Assembly (NCBI GenBank): GCA_030324005.1 | Contig: JARDVH010000031.1 | Span: 59,843,147 to 59,907,146 of the forward strand | Origin: Negaprion brevirostris | Taxonomy: Eukaryota | Reading direction: 5' to 3' | Length of the DNA: 64,000 nt | Shown: piece by piece, positions 35,022 through 50,000 of the stretch | How positions within the stretch are numbered: position 1 is the stretch's first letter | Layout of the letters: every line of letters starts with the position of its first letter | Translations under genes and position numbers: made by a program | Notes under the pieces: model-generated | Database searches by the model: none | What the model was told of the DNA's origin: nothing | Seen by the model: the letters and a program-made list of their open reading frames with translations, nothing else

Positions 35022-38000
35022 TGGCTCTGACCAAACAGCGAAAGTGCCTTATTTCCCCATTACAATTTAATCATATATTGTGTATCACCTGAATGTTGCT
35101 TATTTTAATTATAGAACCGATAAATATAACTTCTTGTTCGAGAAATTAGAAACATTGTTTAAAATATATTGCGGATTATCCTCTTCTCGCGAATTTTGCT
35201 TTACGAAGCAAAAGTTTATTCATAGAATAAGAATCCCTACAGTGCAGAAAGAGGAAAGAATTTGGCCAGCGAAACTTTTATTTTAGCAAGTCACATTTAT
35301 CTTGCACAGTGTGAACTGTTGCTTAAAAGAAACACCACGATGGAGTTGCGAACTGTTGGATTTTCTTGAGTTTTGACAAGATAGTGTCCAATGTGTAAAT
35401 TGTGTTTGGATTTCATGCGTGCCTCTTTGAAAATCTTTGCCAGCAGCTCCAATTATTACTTAACGCACTACATTACAGTTAAACGCAATACATTAAAAAC
35501 TGAAAACCTGCACAATATGACAAGGCGTGGATTATATATATATCTACCTATAAATAGATAATAATTTCAGTTAAGCCAACATACAATAAGAAATACTTGA
35601 AGGCCCTATTAAGGATAACCATTTCAAAGAATCGAACGAAACTCATCATAGTTCTGCAGAACAATATTTATTTTATTGCGTTTAAACATAAGGCAACTAA
35701 TTCTATTCTATATATGTACATCCATACATTTGCATATCGTAAGCTTATTTTTGCCCTGGTTTAATATCAGATAGGGAACGTAATGTTACGCCACATCATG
35801 TTATCTTAACATATTCTTGGGAAATGAAAACTATTGTTTAATTTTGCTTTCCCTTCCCCAAGCATCAAATTTATTGTTACATTGATACAAAAAAGAATAA
35901 TTTCTAATTAACGTTAATGCAAATAACGCTCGTGAGTGTGAAGTGAATCCTATACGTTTCTTGGTTTAAAAATTGTTACTTTGTGGAAAGTAAAATTAAA
36001 CAGGGCTAATGTGATATACAATGCTGTTTAACTTGAGTTATTCAGGAGGGATTTACACGCAAAATAATTCCCACCAAACAGTTTCGAGAACAGGACGCAA
36101 AATTTAGTTCAAGCGTGTTATTTCGACAGAAGTATTCAGCATCGATTTGAAAGGAATAACTGTATTGGTTAAATTTCGGTAGCCACGTCACTCGGTGCAT
36201 TGTACTGTAAACTTTTACACTATGACACAGGACAGATAAAGTGAAAATATCCTATTATCGTGTAGCCTGTATTCTGGAACCTCCTAGTGGCGTTAAAAAA
36301 AGAAGCATGTTATCGTCGATGTTGTTATATGATGTTATATTGAGCGAAACTCATCTTCCGTGCTCTGAATAATATAAATTACTTGCCACTTTGACCGGCG
36401 GAGGAGACATTCTTTGACGTGGCCGCGGAAAAAAAATAAAGTTGCGTGTTCCGTGAACTGTATCTGCAGGCATAATAGTTGTAATATTTTTGTAATGTTT
36501 TAATAAAACACCAAGACATCTTATGGATAGTAGGAATATTTATAAATATGCACATAACAAATCAAGAATTTAGATATATATGTTGATACATACATGCATG
36601 AAGGCTTTTTCCTATATCTGTGCACACTTTCGGCACATCTGAAGAACATATGTAGACTTTTACTACATTCATATTACTGTGTCAGAATAGCGCACTCCCA
36701 ACACATTCCACTCAAACACTTAGTTGAGATGATATTCATTATTTACTATGCTACCATTATGTCCGACCAGATTATATTTAAACGTCCCCTTTCATAATGG
36801 TTGATATTAATGTGAATGGACACACCACGCTGCAGAGATTGAATGTAAAACGGGAAGGGAGGGTATTTATTTTCCACCATTGGCAGGTACCTGTTAGGAG
36901 TCGCGCCTGTGCCACTCTTATAAGCCGCCCTGGAGGGTCGCATCTTCTGTCCTCTGTCAGTTACCCTGTCGTCTGTGCCCCTATCCCGGAATCATATCGG
37001 GAGCGAGGGAGAGGCGGAAAGCCGACTTGCCCTTTGGGGGGTCAGAGAACAGATCCTGGAGAGCCAGGATACATTAACAGAACATACTGTATCTGATCTT
37101 ATCAGCCTTATGTCTGTGTGTTATAGACAGAGAGAAAGAGGGCCAATAGCTCTTCCTTACAAAAATGAATGCGATCTATAAAAATAGTGGAAAGATTGAA
37201 GAGTTTGATAATCATCACCTTGCATATTTTATTTCTGGGGTTAAGGAGGAATGATGTACATTTTGCACACGTCTTGAGAACAGTGGGTGAAACTATACAA
37301 AAAACGTTAAAGTGAATAACAAGTGGATTTGTTTTGTTGGTATATTAATTATTTCCTTTGATGCCCCCAATGAAATTAGTAGAGCTGACGCATATCTGTA
37401 AAATTAGAATATTTGATTCCAATGTAGGTTTAGTGTCTAATATAATCGAAATATTTGTGGTTTAATCGCGTGTTACTGTAAATGGCAGGATTTCCGACTG
37501 GCTTTCGAGCTACCGAAAGGATTCAGTTTAAACTAAAGTTACCGACTTGATGTTTGTTGCGTTCTGTGCGATAAGGCATATGCAATCTCAACCTCACCAT
37601 GTCGTGCGGGGCACATCAATAACATAACTGCTGCAATTACAGCCCCTCCTGAACTGAATAAACTACTAAATCTTAAGGATTCCGTAGGTCAGTCAGTGTT
37701 ACCCAATAGGGAAAGGTGAACAAACACGCTTTTATGCATCCATTTTGTATCATGACACACATAAATGCTGCGTGGTTAAACGCACTTTTAATGAAGTTTC
37801 CCCGCTCCCATTCAAGCAATGCATCACTTCTCCATTATTGTATTCTGGAGCTGTGGAAAAGCAGTCTCGAACCTTGACTCAACTTTCACCCTTGTATATA
37901 AACACATTTCAATCTGGCTTGTTATTTTCTCAGCTTTCTCCAAAGATACTTCTTGCACACCTAGTTTATGAGAGTACATTCATGGCTGCACTGAATTGTA

Positions 38001-41000
38001 CACAGTTTCCAGATATTATGCCAAGTTACCATTTCGAAGACAGGGGCTGGGATACTACGAACTAGTTATGCTGCTCACATGAACAGTCCGTCATATAAAT
38101 CAAGTTTTCCCCATCTCCTGTAAACTTGTTAGTACGATATATCATTTAGTATTGTTACAGCACTTATATGATCACATAATGTTACCAAGGATCAAAACTT
38201 CGTTCAGTTTAATCTAATATCTCAGCTTCACTTATTGAACCTGTTTCTTTTCGTGATGATTCACGACATGATAACAGGAAAGCAACATTGCAAGCAACTT
38301 CGATTTGTTTCCCACAGTAACTGTAAATAAAAGCATAGTTAAAATTAATATTATGTCTCTCGACATTATCCTCCAATACTGTAACTGAGTAAAACAGATC
38401 TATATTGATAACATTACTTAGCAAAATCCTGGGGAAATCGTGTCTGTGAAAAGATAGAATTGAGCTTCAGTTCACCTTACTATTGCATCCCAATGCCTGA
38501 CTTTAGAGTCCAGTTGCTTGCAGACTACTTCTTTATTCCCGAGAAATTTCATCGACAAAATTTCAAATGGCACAAAAAAATTAGGATTATATCTGGAACT
38601 AAAAGGTTCCTCGGTCGATTGGCATAAAGTCGTGTTTATTATTTTTTTCGTTCATATTAGCTGCTTTTGCTCAGCGAAGCAGATGAAAGGCTATTCTGCT
38701 GGAAATCGTGCTCCAATAATTTTCCACATGCTCGGCAGCTGTATGTCTGTCCGATATCATCAACTTTTAAAATCGCAGAATAATAGTCCACATTACTTAG
38801 AATTCCCCAGTCATCATTAATTAGCCTAAACAACATGGAAGGGATCTAAATGATCACTTCAAATTACAGATTTTCACGTACACTAAAATAGTTTTAGAAA
38901 CATTATTCTTCTAAAAGGGTTACACGGGCAATACAGAAGTAAGCATAAAGTCACTTAATGGACCAGCGGTCATTGCATTTGTTATTTGATTGCATATTGG
39001 TAACTTAGAGGAAATAGATTAAGCAGTGCACCGCAATAGTGATTCCAGTTTTTCAACAAACCAAACACAATATTACTCTACAAGTCACTAATCCGCCTGT
39101 AAAATATGGAACGTCATCTCAAAGCAAGAATCACGATTTGTCTCCTTTAAATTATAACAATAACAAAAAATAAATACAAATTCGATGGTCATCAATAGAA
39201 TAATTATCTGTTAAAGAAATGTTCGAATCTGATAGGAACCAATGGAAACAAAAAACAACTTTTTTATTTTTTAAAAAATTCTATGTCATTCAAACTTTGT
39301 GTCAAACTTTACTTTTGGAATTCTGCCCGTCACCCTTTCAGGGCAAAGTGTGTTGTGAAAGCCTCCAAGTTCACATGCAATCCTGATTCTTTTTTTAACC
39401 ATCAAGCTACTTATCCAACATTAAATAAGTCATATGTTCCTTCCAAAAAAATGGGATTACCTCATTTGTGGAAAGGAGCGCTGTGAAGAGATGCAGAAGT
39501 TTTGTTGCAGAGAGACTTACAATGAGAAATATTTTACCTTGTATTAGCACCAGTTTCGCCAGTAACAGTTTCTTTTATACAATGGATTTCTCAACGACAA
39601 AGGAAAGAGGTAAAAAGTCTTGGTGCATACTGTTAAGGAAGGTGGTATTCATTAATTTTTTTTACTGGGCGTATAGGCAGTTCAGAAGATACAAATCAGA
39701 ACAGCTAACCCACTTAACTAAGATTAGTGGATTGATCAATTGCATATAGAATTTCATAAACTTAAAAGAAAAATATTAGGACAAAATAAAAGCTGCCACC
39801 CTACAACACATGGTGACACGACAAAACTTTTTTTTTAAAAGCTGCAAAATTAAGATGAAAAACTTTTCCGTAGCAAAAATATATCGAAACAGGTCATAAA
39901 TCACTATCCCACCCGAACATGTTTGGTCAAGNNNNNNNNNNNNNNNNNNNNNNNNNNNNNNNNNNNNNNNNNNNNNNNNNNNNNNNNNNNNNNNNNNNNN
40001 NNNNNNNNNNNNNNNNNNNNNNNNNNNNNNNGTCAAGCAGACGCAGAAACGAATGGGCATCATCTTACCAAATGCAGTCTCGAGAAGAGTAATTACTGAC
40101 CAGGACAAAGTGGTCCATGAATATACATGTGATTCTGCACAAAGGGAGAAAAAGTATTACTAATAATTTTCCACGACAGTTGTATATGGTGACATGCCCC
40201 GAGGTGACCCTTGACTTGCCACGTGAAATTCGCTACACAAATTAAGAACATTTAAAAGTCAGATTTCAGAAACAAATATTTCAACAAATACCATTATTAT
40301 GATACAAACTGCACCCTTTGCCATATATTGGTAGTATCATAGTGGGGACAGAAAGTAAGGGTTCAGGGGTAAAATAAGTTATGCATAATTTGAAATCTAC
40401 ATCTGGGAGAAAATAAAATCTGCAGAACCTTTGCATTTGTCAGTGCTTTCTGCATAGAGGGTATATGGGGAAGTGATCTTAACGAAAATCAATTTAATTT
40501 CAAGCTTTTATAAAACAACGGAAAGCGCCACTTCTTTCCGCGCGAATACATTTCTAACTTTTCAAAATTGCGTTTTGGTGGAGACTGATCAGGGCGTTTA
40601 TTTTTAAATAAGATACATTTAACTTTGACTTATTGTGTTCAAGTCATGCAGTGGAATCGATACTATTTTCCGTAAACATTTTCATTGGCTACATTGCAAT
40701 TAAGTTGTAAACAACTAACTAAATGGCCTTTCATTAGTATAAAGACAAAACTTGTGTAGGACGGAGAAAAAGTGCAATAAGGTTTTTGTTCAAATTGTCT
40801 CTTTGGCCTAGCGCATGGTCTTAGTTTTCGCAAACTAGATGAAAAGTATGTTTAATTGTTGGTCATCAGTTGACTTTCTAAACATACTGTCCAGAGTGTT
40901 GCAATTGACACGGTTGAATGCTATCTTAATATTATATTTTTGTGAATGAAAATCAGACGTCTCTGAAAAAGTCCTTAACTCGATAAGCAAATCCTTGAGT

Positions 41001-44000
41001 ATTCTAAGTGTATATTGCCTTTCTTAGACATTTCATACATGACCTATATATAGCTTCAACTTTATTGATCTACAAACGCAATATCAAGTTCGACCATGCA
41101 CCTAAATAGGGCATCCTCCGGAAATAAATACAATGGATTGATTATTTCACAGAAGAACTACTTAGCATTAAAGAATCATATCATAACTTCAACATTCAAA
41201 TAAAAATGTATCGTTGTACTTGATATAATTATGCGAGGTATTCTAAATCTATAACTACATAACTATGATGGAGAAAAACGTAATTTCATTGCCCAGTAAC
41301 CTTTTATAAAATGTGAGGCATCTGACAAATGTACACGTATCGTATTGTAGGTTTAGTGTATGTTTGGAAAATCAGAACATCTTGTTTTTGGAATTAAAAT
41401 TGTTATTTATTTTCNNNNNNNNNNNNNNNNNTGGGACTAAACATTTCCTTAGTTTAGAACAGGATAACACAGGAAATCAGTAAAATAACATGGGCGGACG
41501 ATTTATAATATACGGACACACAATATTAAGCACTCGCAAAATAATTATTGAATTCACCTGACCCTTCAAGCATTTCATTACGATCTAGGCCATTTTAAAT
41601 GAATCAATGCATATGCACTTTTTGTGGTTGAATATAGTTTCAGTCTTTAAGCCGGCATGATGTTTGCAGTTTTGACTACGAATTGGTGATGAGGTTTATT
41701 ATTGCTCGTCGGTTACTGCAGTGAACTACGTGAGTAAAAGTGCGAGTGTATATAGCACCTGTACATCACTGAGTGATCTGTGTACATGGTCAAGTGAATA
41801 AACAATTTTGATAGCCATATTTAATACCGGTACCAAGATGAATAGGGGTACAGTGTACAGAGGTATCACAAACTTCCAAACTTTTTTTATTCTTGCACAT
41901 CTTGTTTTTTTCCAAACTTTTTTTTAGTGTGCAGTCATATATGAAAAATAGCTTTTATCTTTACTCTCAATTATCTTTACCCCCGCCGACAGTTTCTTGA
42001 TATAAACAGCATTGACTAGATCTTACACTCCATTTACATTTGCTTCAGTTCACCGATTATCAGCAATGCACCCAAAACTGTTCAGAGTAAACAATTGAAC
42101 CCGGTGGATGCATGTAGATCCCCAGTTACTAAATGAGAACCAATGAAGAGAATGAATTTTAGCTCCCAGGGAAATGGGATAGGATTTCTATGTATGGTTT
42201 GCAAGCATTTTGCCAAAAACCTCATGTCTTAGTGTTAACTTTATTTGTTTTTTTTGAGAAAACAAAACTGCAAAGGAAAACGTTTCACTTCAACTATACA
42301 CTCCTGCAGTTTCAAGGGCCGAGGGAGAATTTCTCCTGAAGGGATTTGAATTGTATTGTTGTCATAATCATTTGCAGTCTTGTTGTTTCATGACGGATGG
42401 TTCTATAAGGGAGGCCCCCGTGATAACATTCCAAGACAATCTTCGTGCATTACAGCCACGTTTAAAACAAAACTAAATCCAGGGACGAATTTGAAACAAG
42501 AAAACAACAGAGATTAATTCAACGCAGGAAGTCACTGGAATAATGATCAAAAGTGGATTCAGAATCAAAATGAAAGGGGGCTTGATAGGTGTGTAAGGAA
42601 GGTCTAATCGGGATGAAGATCTCCTTCATCATCTCATCTCATCAGTTTGTGGGACATTTATGTTGCTGATGAGGCAGCTCAGCCGGTTTGTAGCAGGAAT
42701 GCATCTTTTGGATGCCATGTGCAGTGCATATGTTCAAGTACTTCTGAAGTGATTCCAAAGCTCAGGCNNNNNNNNNNNNNNNNNNNNNNNNNNNNNNNNN
42801 NNNNNNNNNNNNNNNNNNNNNNNNNNNNNNNNNNNNNNNNNNNNNNNNNNNNNNNNNNNNNNNNNNNAGGCCGCTTCCAGACAATTTGTTTATTAGATGC
42901 GAGGAAAGAGACATAATAAATGGCTCAAACAATTATAAAAATCACGTTTCCCTGTGACAGTTGAAAATAAATCCTCATAATTCAATCCCTTGTTATTAAT
43001 CACTAATCACTATGTTTAAAAAGACTTGCAATTCTTTAGCAAACATAAAATATTACAGAACTTTAAAAATATTCTGCCATCATGTGTTGCTATCAAAATG
43101 CTCATAACAACATTGTTTACAGTGAGACTTGGGGGAAGGAAGTCAAACTTCCTACGGAATATTGTAAAGCATACTTCAGTATAAAACGTCTAAAACAACA
43201 ATAGTCAAGCTGGTACCAATAGCACAGCACATTATATCACGAATGGGTTGCTGGTTTGCCTGATTTCCCACACACTGACCGCAGAAAATCTGAGGAGACA
43301 CACGTGGAGATCAAATACTTTCCTTACAATGGCTGAGCACAAGAAAGTCAGTCAATCCAGGTAAATTCTCTCATGTATTACACGTGCTAGCAGTAGGGCT
43401 GCAATAGCACCTTTTGAGGTGCTGACCTGATTGCCGATTTAGTCAAGAATGACACTAATTTGAGATGAAGCTGTAGGAAGTGGGTAAAAAGTACCAATTC
43501 ATAGGAAAGAAAATTATATATATAGAAGAATCATATCAACATGTTTCACTTTTAAGCTTAAAAAAATTCATTCATTTTTTAAAATTGTCGTTATTTTGCG
43601 CCACATTTATTTAAGAACCGAACCTTTAATCCAATTAAAATACAGGAGGTACCTCTTTGATTCTATATTCTTCTCCATTGTGTAAAAACAGCACTGATTG
43701 GGAAGCTTTTTGCCTTCTGCAAATTAACAATACATATCAATAATTGTTGAATCCACAGACATGAAACCAACATAAGATACTGGAGGATGAAATATATTTT
43801 TTCATGGTACAGCCAGATAGGAGAATCAGATTCATAGAGAAAAAATGCTGCAGTGGTTACCAGCTTTGGAAGAAGCAACAAGAGCATATATGTCATCACT
43901 ATACTCGGTACATAACCTACTAACTAGGCTGCCAGTGGACAAACGGTGGTAGTAAATATTCTTAAACTCTGACCACATTATTCAACTCTTAATAGCATTA

Positions 44001-47000
44001 CACATGCTTGAGAACACATGATGAACCTAGTAATATACATGGAGTTGTATTTCCAATGGTGTAACTTGTAACTAGTGGTTATGGTTGATATATTGGACTA
44101 TGTAGTTTATGTAAAATCTAACTAGCATGCAAATTTATTCATATCACAGTTTAACAAGGCAGTGTGCAAGGAGCGGCAGTGTAGTGAAATAGGTAAAGAT
44201 GAGTGGGCCATTTGCTGCTTTATATTCAAGTTGTGATCACTTAATGGCACAGGAATTAATATCTCTTATCCCTTTCCATCAGTTCTGCAAAGTCTCTGAT
44301 CATTCTATTTTCACGATTTTGCTGGACTTTTCCATCATATTTCACTTTCTGTGGTCAATTTCAAAATTTATAATGTTTTGCTATTAAATTTCTCATGGAA
44401 CTCTTATTTGCTATTCCACAACTTTCCTTCCCTTTCTGTACAATATTGTAATGAATCTTCACTGTTCTCTTTAATATAGTGCTGGGGGGGGGATGTTGGG
44501 GGACTTTTTTTTGCACTTTCATATGTCTGTTTATACTTTGGCTTTTCCTCTACTCATTTTTTGGAACTTAGTCTCAAATAAAGAGAAACAAAAACACAAA
44601 AAAAGGGGAATTAACAGGCTAAGGAGATCCAAGAATAATAAAATGAAGGAATAAGCAGGGGACAATTGTAGAAATATAAAATAGCCAAAAATAGAAATAT
44701 ATAGAACAGAAGGAGGAAGATTATTAACAGCAGCATTGAATGGAATTGTAAAAGAGAAAGAAAAAAATAAAGTTGAAGTGCAAGTGTTGACTGAGAAGGG
44801 TCGCATATTTTCTAATGGCTCAATATAAACACACTTTGGTAGTTGCAGGGAGCCTTTCAGCCACTGAATGCTACTATAGTGCACAGTGTGGATTCACAAA
44901 GGGAAAAAGGCAACTTTTACAGGATATGTAAAGAAGAACTCAAAGAAAGAAGCAAGTGATGAAAATAAAATAATAGGGAAAGAAAGAGGAAATGTGAAAG
45001 AAGCATGAATAAAGAATTAGCAAATACATAGGAAGACAAAAGTACAGAATCATGAGAATCATGAAAGTTAAAATAACATTACGAAGAAGAAAGAGCCAAA
45101 AATTAAACTGTCAGCTGCAGGCTATCTCTACAATACTCTGACTTTGATCCCCTGCAACTTGAAGTGATTTGCTGCGCACATGTACTTCACATAATTTTCT
45201 TTAGCAATAGCATTAATTCAACAATACATGCAGTATATATTACAGGAACAGCCCAAAATGGGGTACATTAATTACCATGATGAGAGAAAAAGTAATTCAG
45301 AGGAGATTGCCTACAGGTCTTGTTTATAAATCTACATTTAAACAGTGAAACAAGATATTAATGACAAAATGCTTGTGTAAACTTGAAAACCTTTGTTGTT
45401 AGATACCTTGGTTTAAATGTTGTTTGACTGTTGTTCCACAATTAAACTGATACATGTGCTGGTGTATTTATACAATGTAATTTCAGCAATTTGTTCTTTT
45501 TCTTGTTTTTCTAATTTTTTTCAGCTCCTCTTTTGAAGGAGTCGACCTTTACTTTGGTATGCCTTCAATAATTCACCAAATTGCCCATTTTCCTACTGTG
45601 AGCTGAATAGTGAATGTCAGCAATCTATTCAGTTGTGGGCGTTAGTGCAGCCGGCTTCATACAGCATCCACACTTTTTCCAGAAAGGATTCCTTAGATGG
45701 TGATTAGGATTGAAGACCCTGGCTGATATTATCCCTCCTTCAGGCAAAGCTCTGTAGCCAAACGTATTGTCCAAATTCTGCCACTACACGATCAACAAAC
45801 TCTGATTTGTGAATTAACTTCAGGTGGCTTAACATTTTTTAACATTTCCTTGAAGGAGCAAAAATAGGTAGATAACTTCTGAAAGGTTCAGGCATTTCTG
45901 TGGAGAAGGAATACAGCTTGTGGTGATTATGCAGTTTATGGTAATTTCTTGCATTCGAGCTTGAGTGCATCTAGTGAAGTGATCCTTTTCAATTCACTTT
46001 GGTCATTTTTGAGGGTTCTTACAAAGATTTTCATACATTTCAGTTTGTCCAAGCATTCAATTGCTAGCATTTCTGTATTTCATTTTTTTTTAATAGAAAC
46101 AGCCGCAATATTATACCTGGCCACTTGGTTTAGTTTATGATAGTTAAAATATTCCCATGGCTCAGTACATTGTCTACCTTTGGGCCATGGATTTGATTGC
46201 AGTCTAAACCGATGGGATGAAAATCGCTTCTCAATGCTAGCTATAACATTCATATATAAAAATTAATTCCCATCGACATTGGATCCTCAGCACATCTCTA
46301 CCCGCCATTTTTACACAAATTAACAATCTCATAGGAATGGTGAGGATTACTACAGGAAATGAAAGAAAGAAAACNNNNNNNNNNNNNNNNNNNNNNNNNN
46401 NNNNNNNNNNNNNNNNNNNNNNNNNNNNNNNNNNNNNNNNNNNNNNNNNNNNNNNNNNNNNNNNNNNNNNNNNNAAACAAACACTGGTGGGGGGATGGGG
46501 TGCTCTTGTAAGATTGGGGCTAAAACAAAATGCAGCAGAATAGAGGAAGCTTTATTCTATATACGATTTGTGTTGTTTCTGATGTGGAAATTTTGAAGGC
46601 TGATATGGAATACTAAAATTGTGAAGAGATCAATCAGGAGCACTGAATTTGCACCTTGATTGTCCCACCACGGCAACATTCAATCCCCTCAACCTTAACT
46701 ACCAACACCACCAGACCCCCCTGCCCCCACCCTACTCCCATAAAGTCCCTCTGTTTAGCAAAAATTAAGTTCCGGCGCCATACTATAATGGATGAGATAT
46801 GGTAAGTGATTTTTTTTATAACAGAGGTACATTGGCATTATTAACAGTACCTTTGATGTGTTACAATAACAACAATATGCCACAATTCATAGAAACTATT
46901 CCTGAAATTTAAGAAGCAAAACATAACAAACAAAATTCCAGGTGTGGGCGGACTTTTAAATTATGTGTTTTATGCTATTAATTCTGATTTTTGCAACTCC

Positions 47001-50000
47001 AAAACATAGATTGCAAGTTTAGCTCTTCCCTTCAATACAGCATTGGGAATATTCAAAACAAATTTGAATATTTAAATTAGAATTTAGATGTCGGATTAAT
47101 AACATTAAAATCAGCTTTGCATACATGGAAATAAAATAATAAATTAACATCAGGAAGTTCAAACACAAACTCAGGCTGATATTGATGACAGAAATAAAAT
47201 TGATTCATTATCATATTTTGCTAGGGAATATACTTTTGGAATGATTGCCTGCTCCAAATAATTAACTCTTGAAAAGTGCAGCTAAAACTTTACTCTTATT
47301 AAAGGATTTGTATATTTCATTCTTCATTTGGTATATCGTATTATTGCCTGGATTATTTCTAACGAAACGCAACTGCATTGTATTAATAACTATATCAATA
47401 GTTATGAATACAATGTTCTGCCTACTCTTTTAGAAAATGTGTTAACCCATTTAATTTAAATTGGCTACCATCTCTATTTAAAGGTACAGTAATTATCCTG
47501 ATTGTCTTAATATTTATTATGGATATTACACAAGATTTCATCACAATTCTTTTTAACTAACTAGCTCTATATCTTGTTGCATAGAGCTATTACGATTCTA
47601 ATATACAGTTAGCTGCGTATATTGGAATAGAATTTCATAAAATTTTAATTTGAACTATGCAAAATAATTATCTGATGACTATAACTGATCTTCGTTGTGT
47701 TACCTTCTTTGATTGAAAATTTCTAAATATATACAACTGCGTTATATATCCAATCAAATAGATGTCTCCTCTTAATACAAGTGCACAACAGAGAACATTG
47801 CATCTTTAACTGAGAAAAACAGAGTTTTGTGTATTCTCAGGAATCTCCCACAACAATGCTCAACAATTGTATTTATGTTCAATAACAATCGTAGCACAGA
47901 TAGGATAATTTTAAGAGCTGCAATTGCTGCTAATCAAGGATTATATTATTTGTCCAGTTGATAATTAATTTATAAGATTATTTAATTTCAATATGCCAGA
48001 AGTATTTCAACACCTTGTGTGACATGAAGTTTTAATCTTTCTGCTGGAAAAAAACAATGAAAATTGCAAAGCTGATCATTGCGCTGAATGTATTTATGTT
48101 TATCCATTTTGATTGAATGAACAAAATGTAAAATAATGCTCTGAGTAATATTTTTAACAAAATAAATCATAATAATACACAGTAATCAAAAACTTTGTGT
48201 GACAATGAAATTCTTCTGTGTTATTTTTGAACTAAATTGGAGAACAGCTTTGTGAAAATAACATATGCCTTTGATTCAAATGTACTAACTAATGGCACTG
48301 AAATTAGGACACAGTGCAGTTTCAGCTCTCAGCCCTTCACGAGCTAGCTGAAACACTTCAGGATTCACATGCCCCTCTAACAGGACAAAACAATAGGATA
48401 ATGCTTGGTTTGCTCTGTAATTAATGATCTAACTAAGAAATGTCTGCGTTATGTGTCTTTGAAGTGCAAGATTTTAGTGAAAAAGCGTTTATTAGTAAAT
48501 TAATTGTCATTAAAAGGACTTTTAGTCCAGCGACAGATTTCATGAGTAGAAAAGTAATGAAATAATCCTAACTTAAAGATCCAAAGATATTGGAAATATT
48601 TTTAACATAAAATATATTAAGTAAGCATTTTTTGCTTATATAATGATTGCAATTGTAAAAAAAAGTACTTGACCCAATTAAAATTGGCCTTGCATTCCAA
48701 CATTATCATTATTATGTCATTATGGTGTAACTTATTTTTCTTGTTTTGTAAGAAAAGATGCAATCGCGTAGTTCATCCTTAATTAATTGCTTTTGTGAAG
48801 CTTTTAAAATGGACAAATACAATACTGTGCGGTGTTGGCTAGCTTAAGGACATTTCTCATTTGTGAATTACATTATCAGTTAGGAATAGAATTACAGCTT
48901 ATTACATCTAAAAAAACAATCTATAAATCAATGGCTAACACAATATTATGTAAATTTCAATTTTCAAATAGCAGTTAAGAAATTCTGGAAATTATATGAT
49001 TTGCAACAGCAATAATTAAATAACCTGTACTGAATCTATTGAACTTTAAACGTTAGTCAAATTAATTTGTAAATTTGTGACGCATTCATTCTTTGTTGGC
49101 TCTAAGTAGTTACACTAAACTTGAAGAAAAATGTCAGTTTGACGGGAAATAGGCTCCTAAGCCATGCTGTTTTAATGATTTCAAAGTTTAAAAGAAGTTC
49201 CAACTATCTATTACACATATACATACACATATACACATTTGAGCAAATACTTAATGCATGTTTTCCCTAGTAGGTATAAACGGGAAATAATTGAATGCCA
49301 TTTGTGAAATGCATGCATAAAAAATAAAACATCATGTTATCTTCTAGCCAGAAGTGGCAACATGTTTTAAAATAAGGATATTAAAAGGGTGGTTGGAAAA
49401 CAAACAAGCAATTAAATCAGTACAAAATAAGTCTGGTTTCTCCACCCTGCCATATAACTGCTGCATCTTGAAGTAAAACAAAGAACACTGGTATGGTCAA
49501 TGTTTTTGTGCACAACTGCCTCGAAGCAACAATGCTAGTTTAATTTATATGCAAATTAAAACATAAATGAGAAAGTAAGCTCTGGAAATAGCATGACAAG
49601 ATGATAAAAAATGTAATACACTTCAAAATTCCCTTTCTTAAAAGAAGAGCTGCCTGACTGGCAAATGGCCACTTTTTATTGAAATCAGTAGCTATTTTCA
49701 TAGAATGTTATGTGGAATGTAAGGGTGTCCTCTGGAAGTGGAAGAAAGCTCCAACAAACATTTCTTGTGAGATCCAACATCAGGATAATTTCACAGTCTC
49801 ACTTCTGACTGCTTCGTCCTGAGTTGACCAGCACCATGCAAGGCTGATCAAAGGCCATCGGAAACATCAAGTAAGAGTGAATGGGGTTAAAGTATGCTAA
49901 TACAGGAGCTAAATTTACTTTAATCCTGTTATAATACAAGTTAATGCAGAGGTGGTGGAGGGGCTTTCTGCCTTACCCCACTGATTCAGAAGGACCCCTG

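Noticed and set aside
44531-45100. Hydrophobic 117-aa minus-strand ORF and purine-rich tract
   Set aside because: Low-complexity A/G-rich DNA yields Phe/Leu/Ser-rich pseudo-ORFs on the opposite strand; no domain features
47595-47628. AT-rich hairpin ATTCTAATATAC...GTATATTGGAAT as a possible pre-miRNA
   Set aside because: A stem of about 12 bp is too short and is expected by chance in AT-rich DNA
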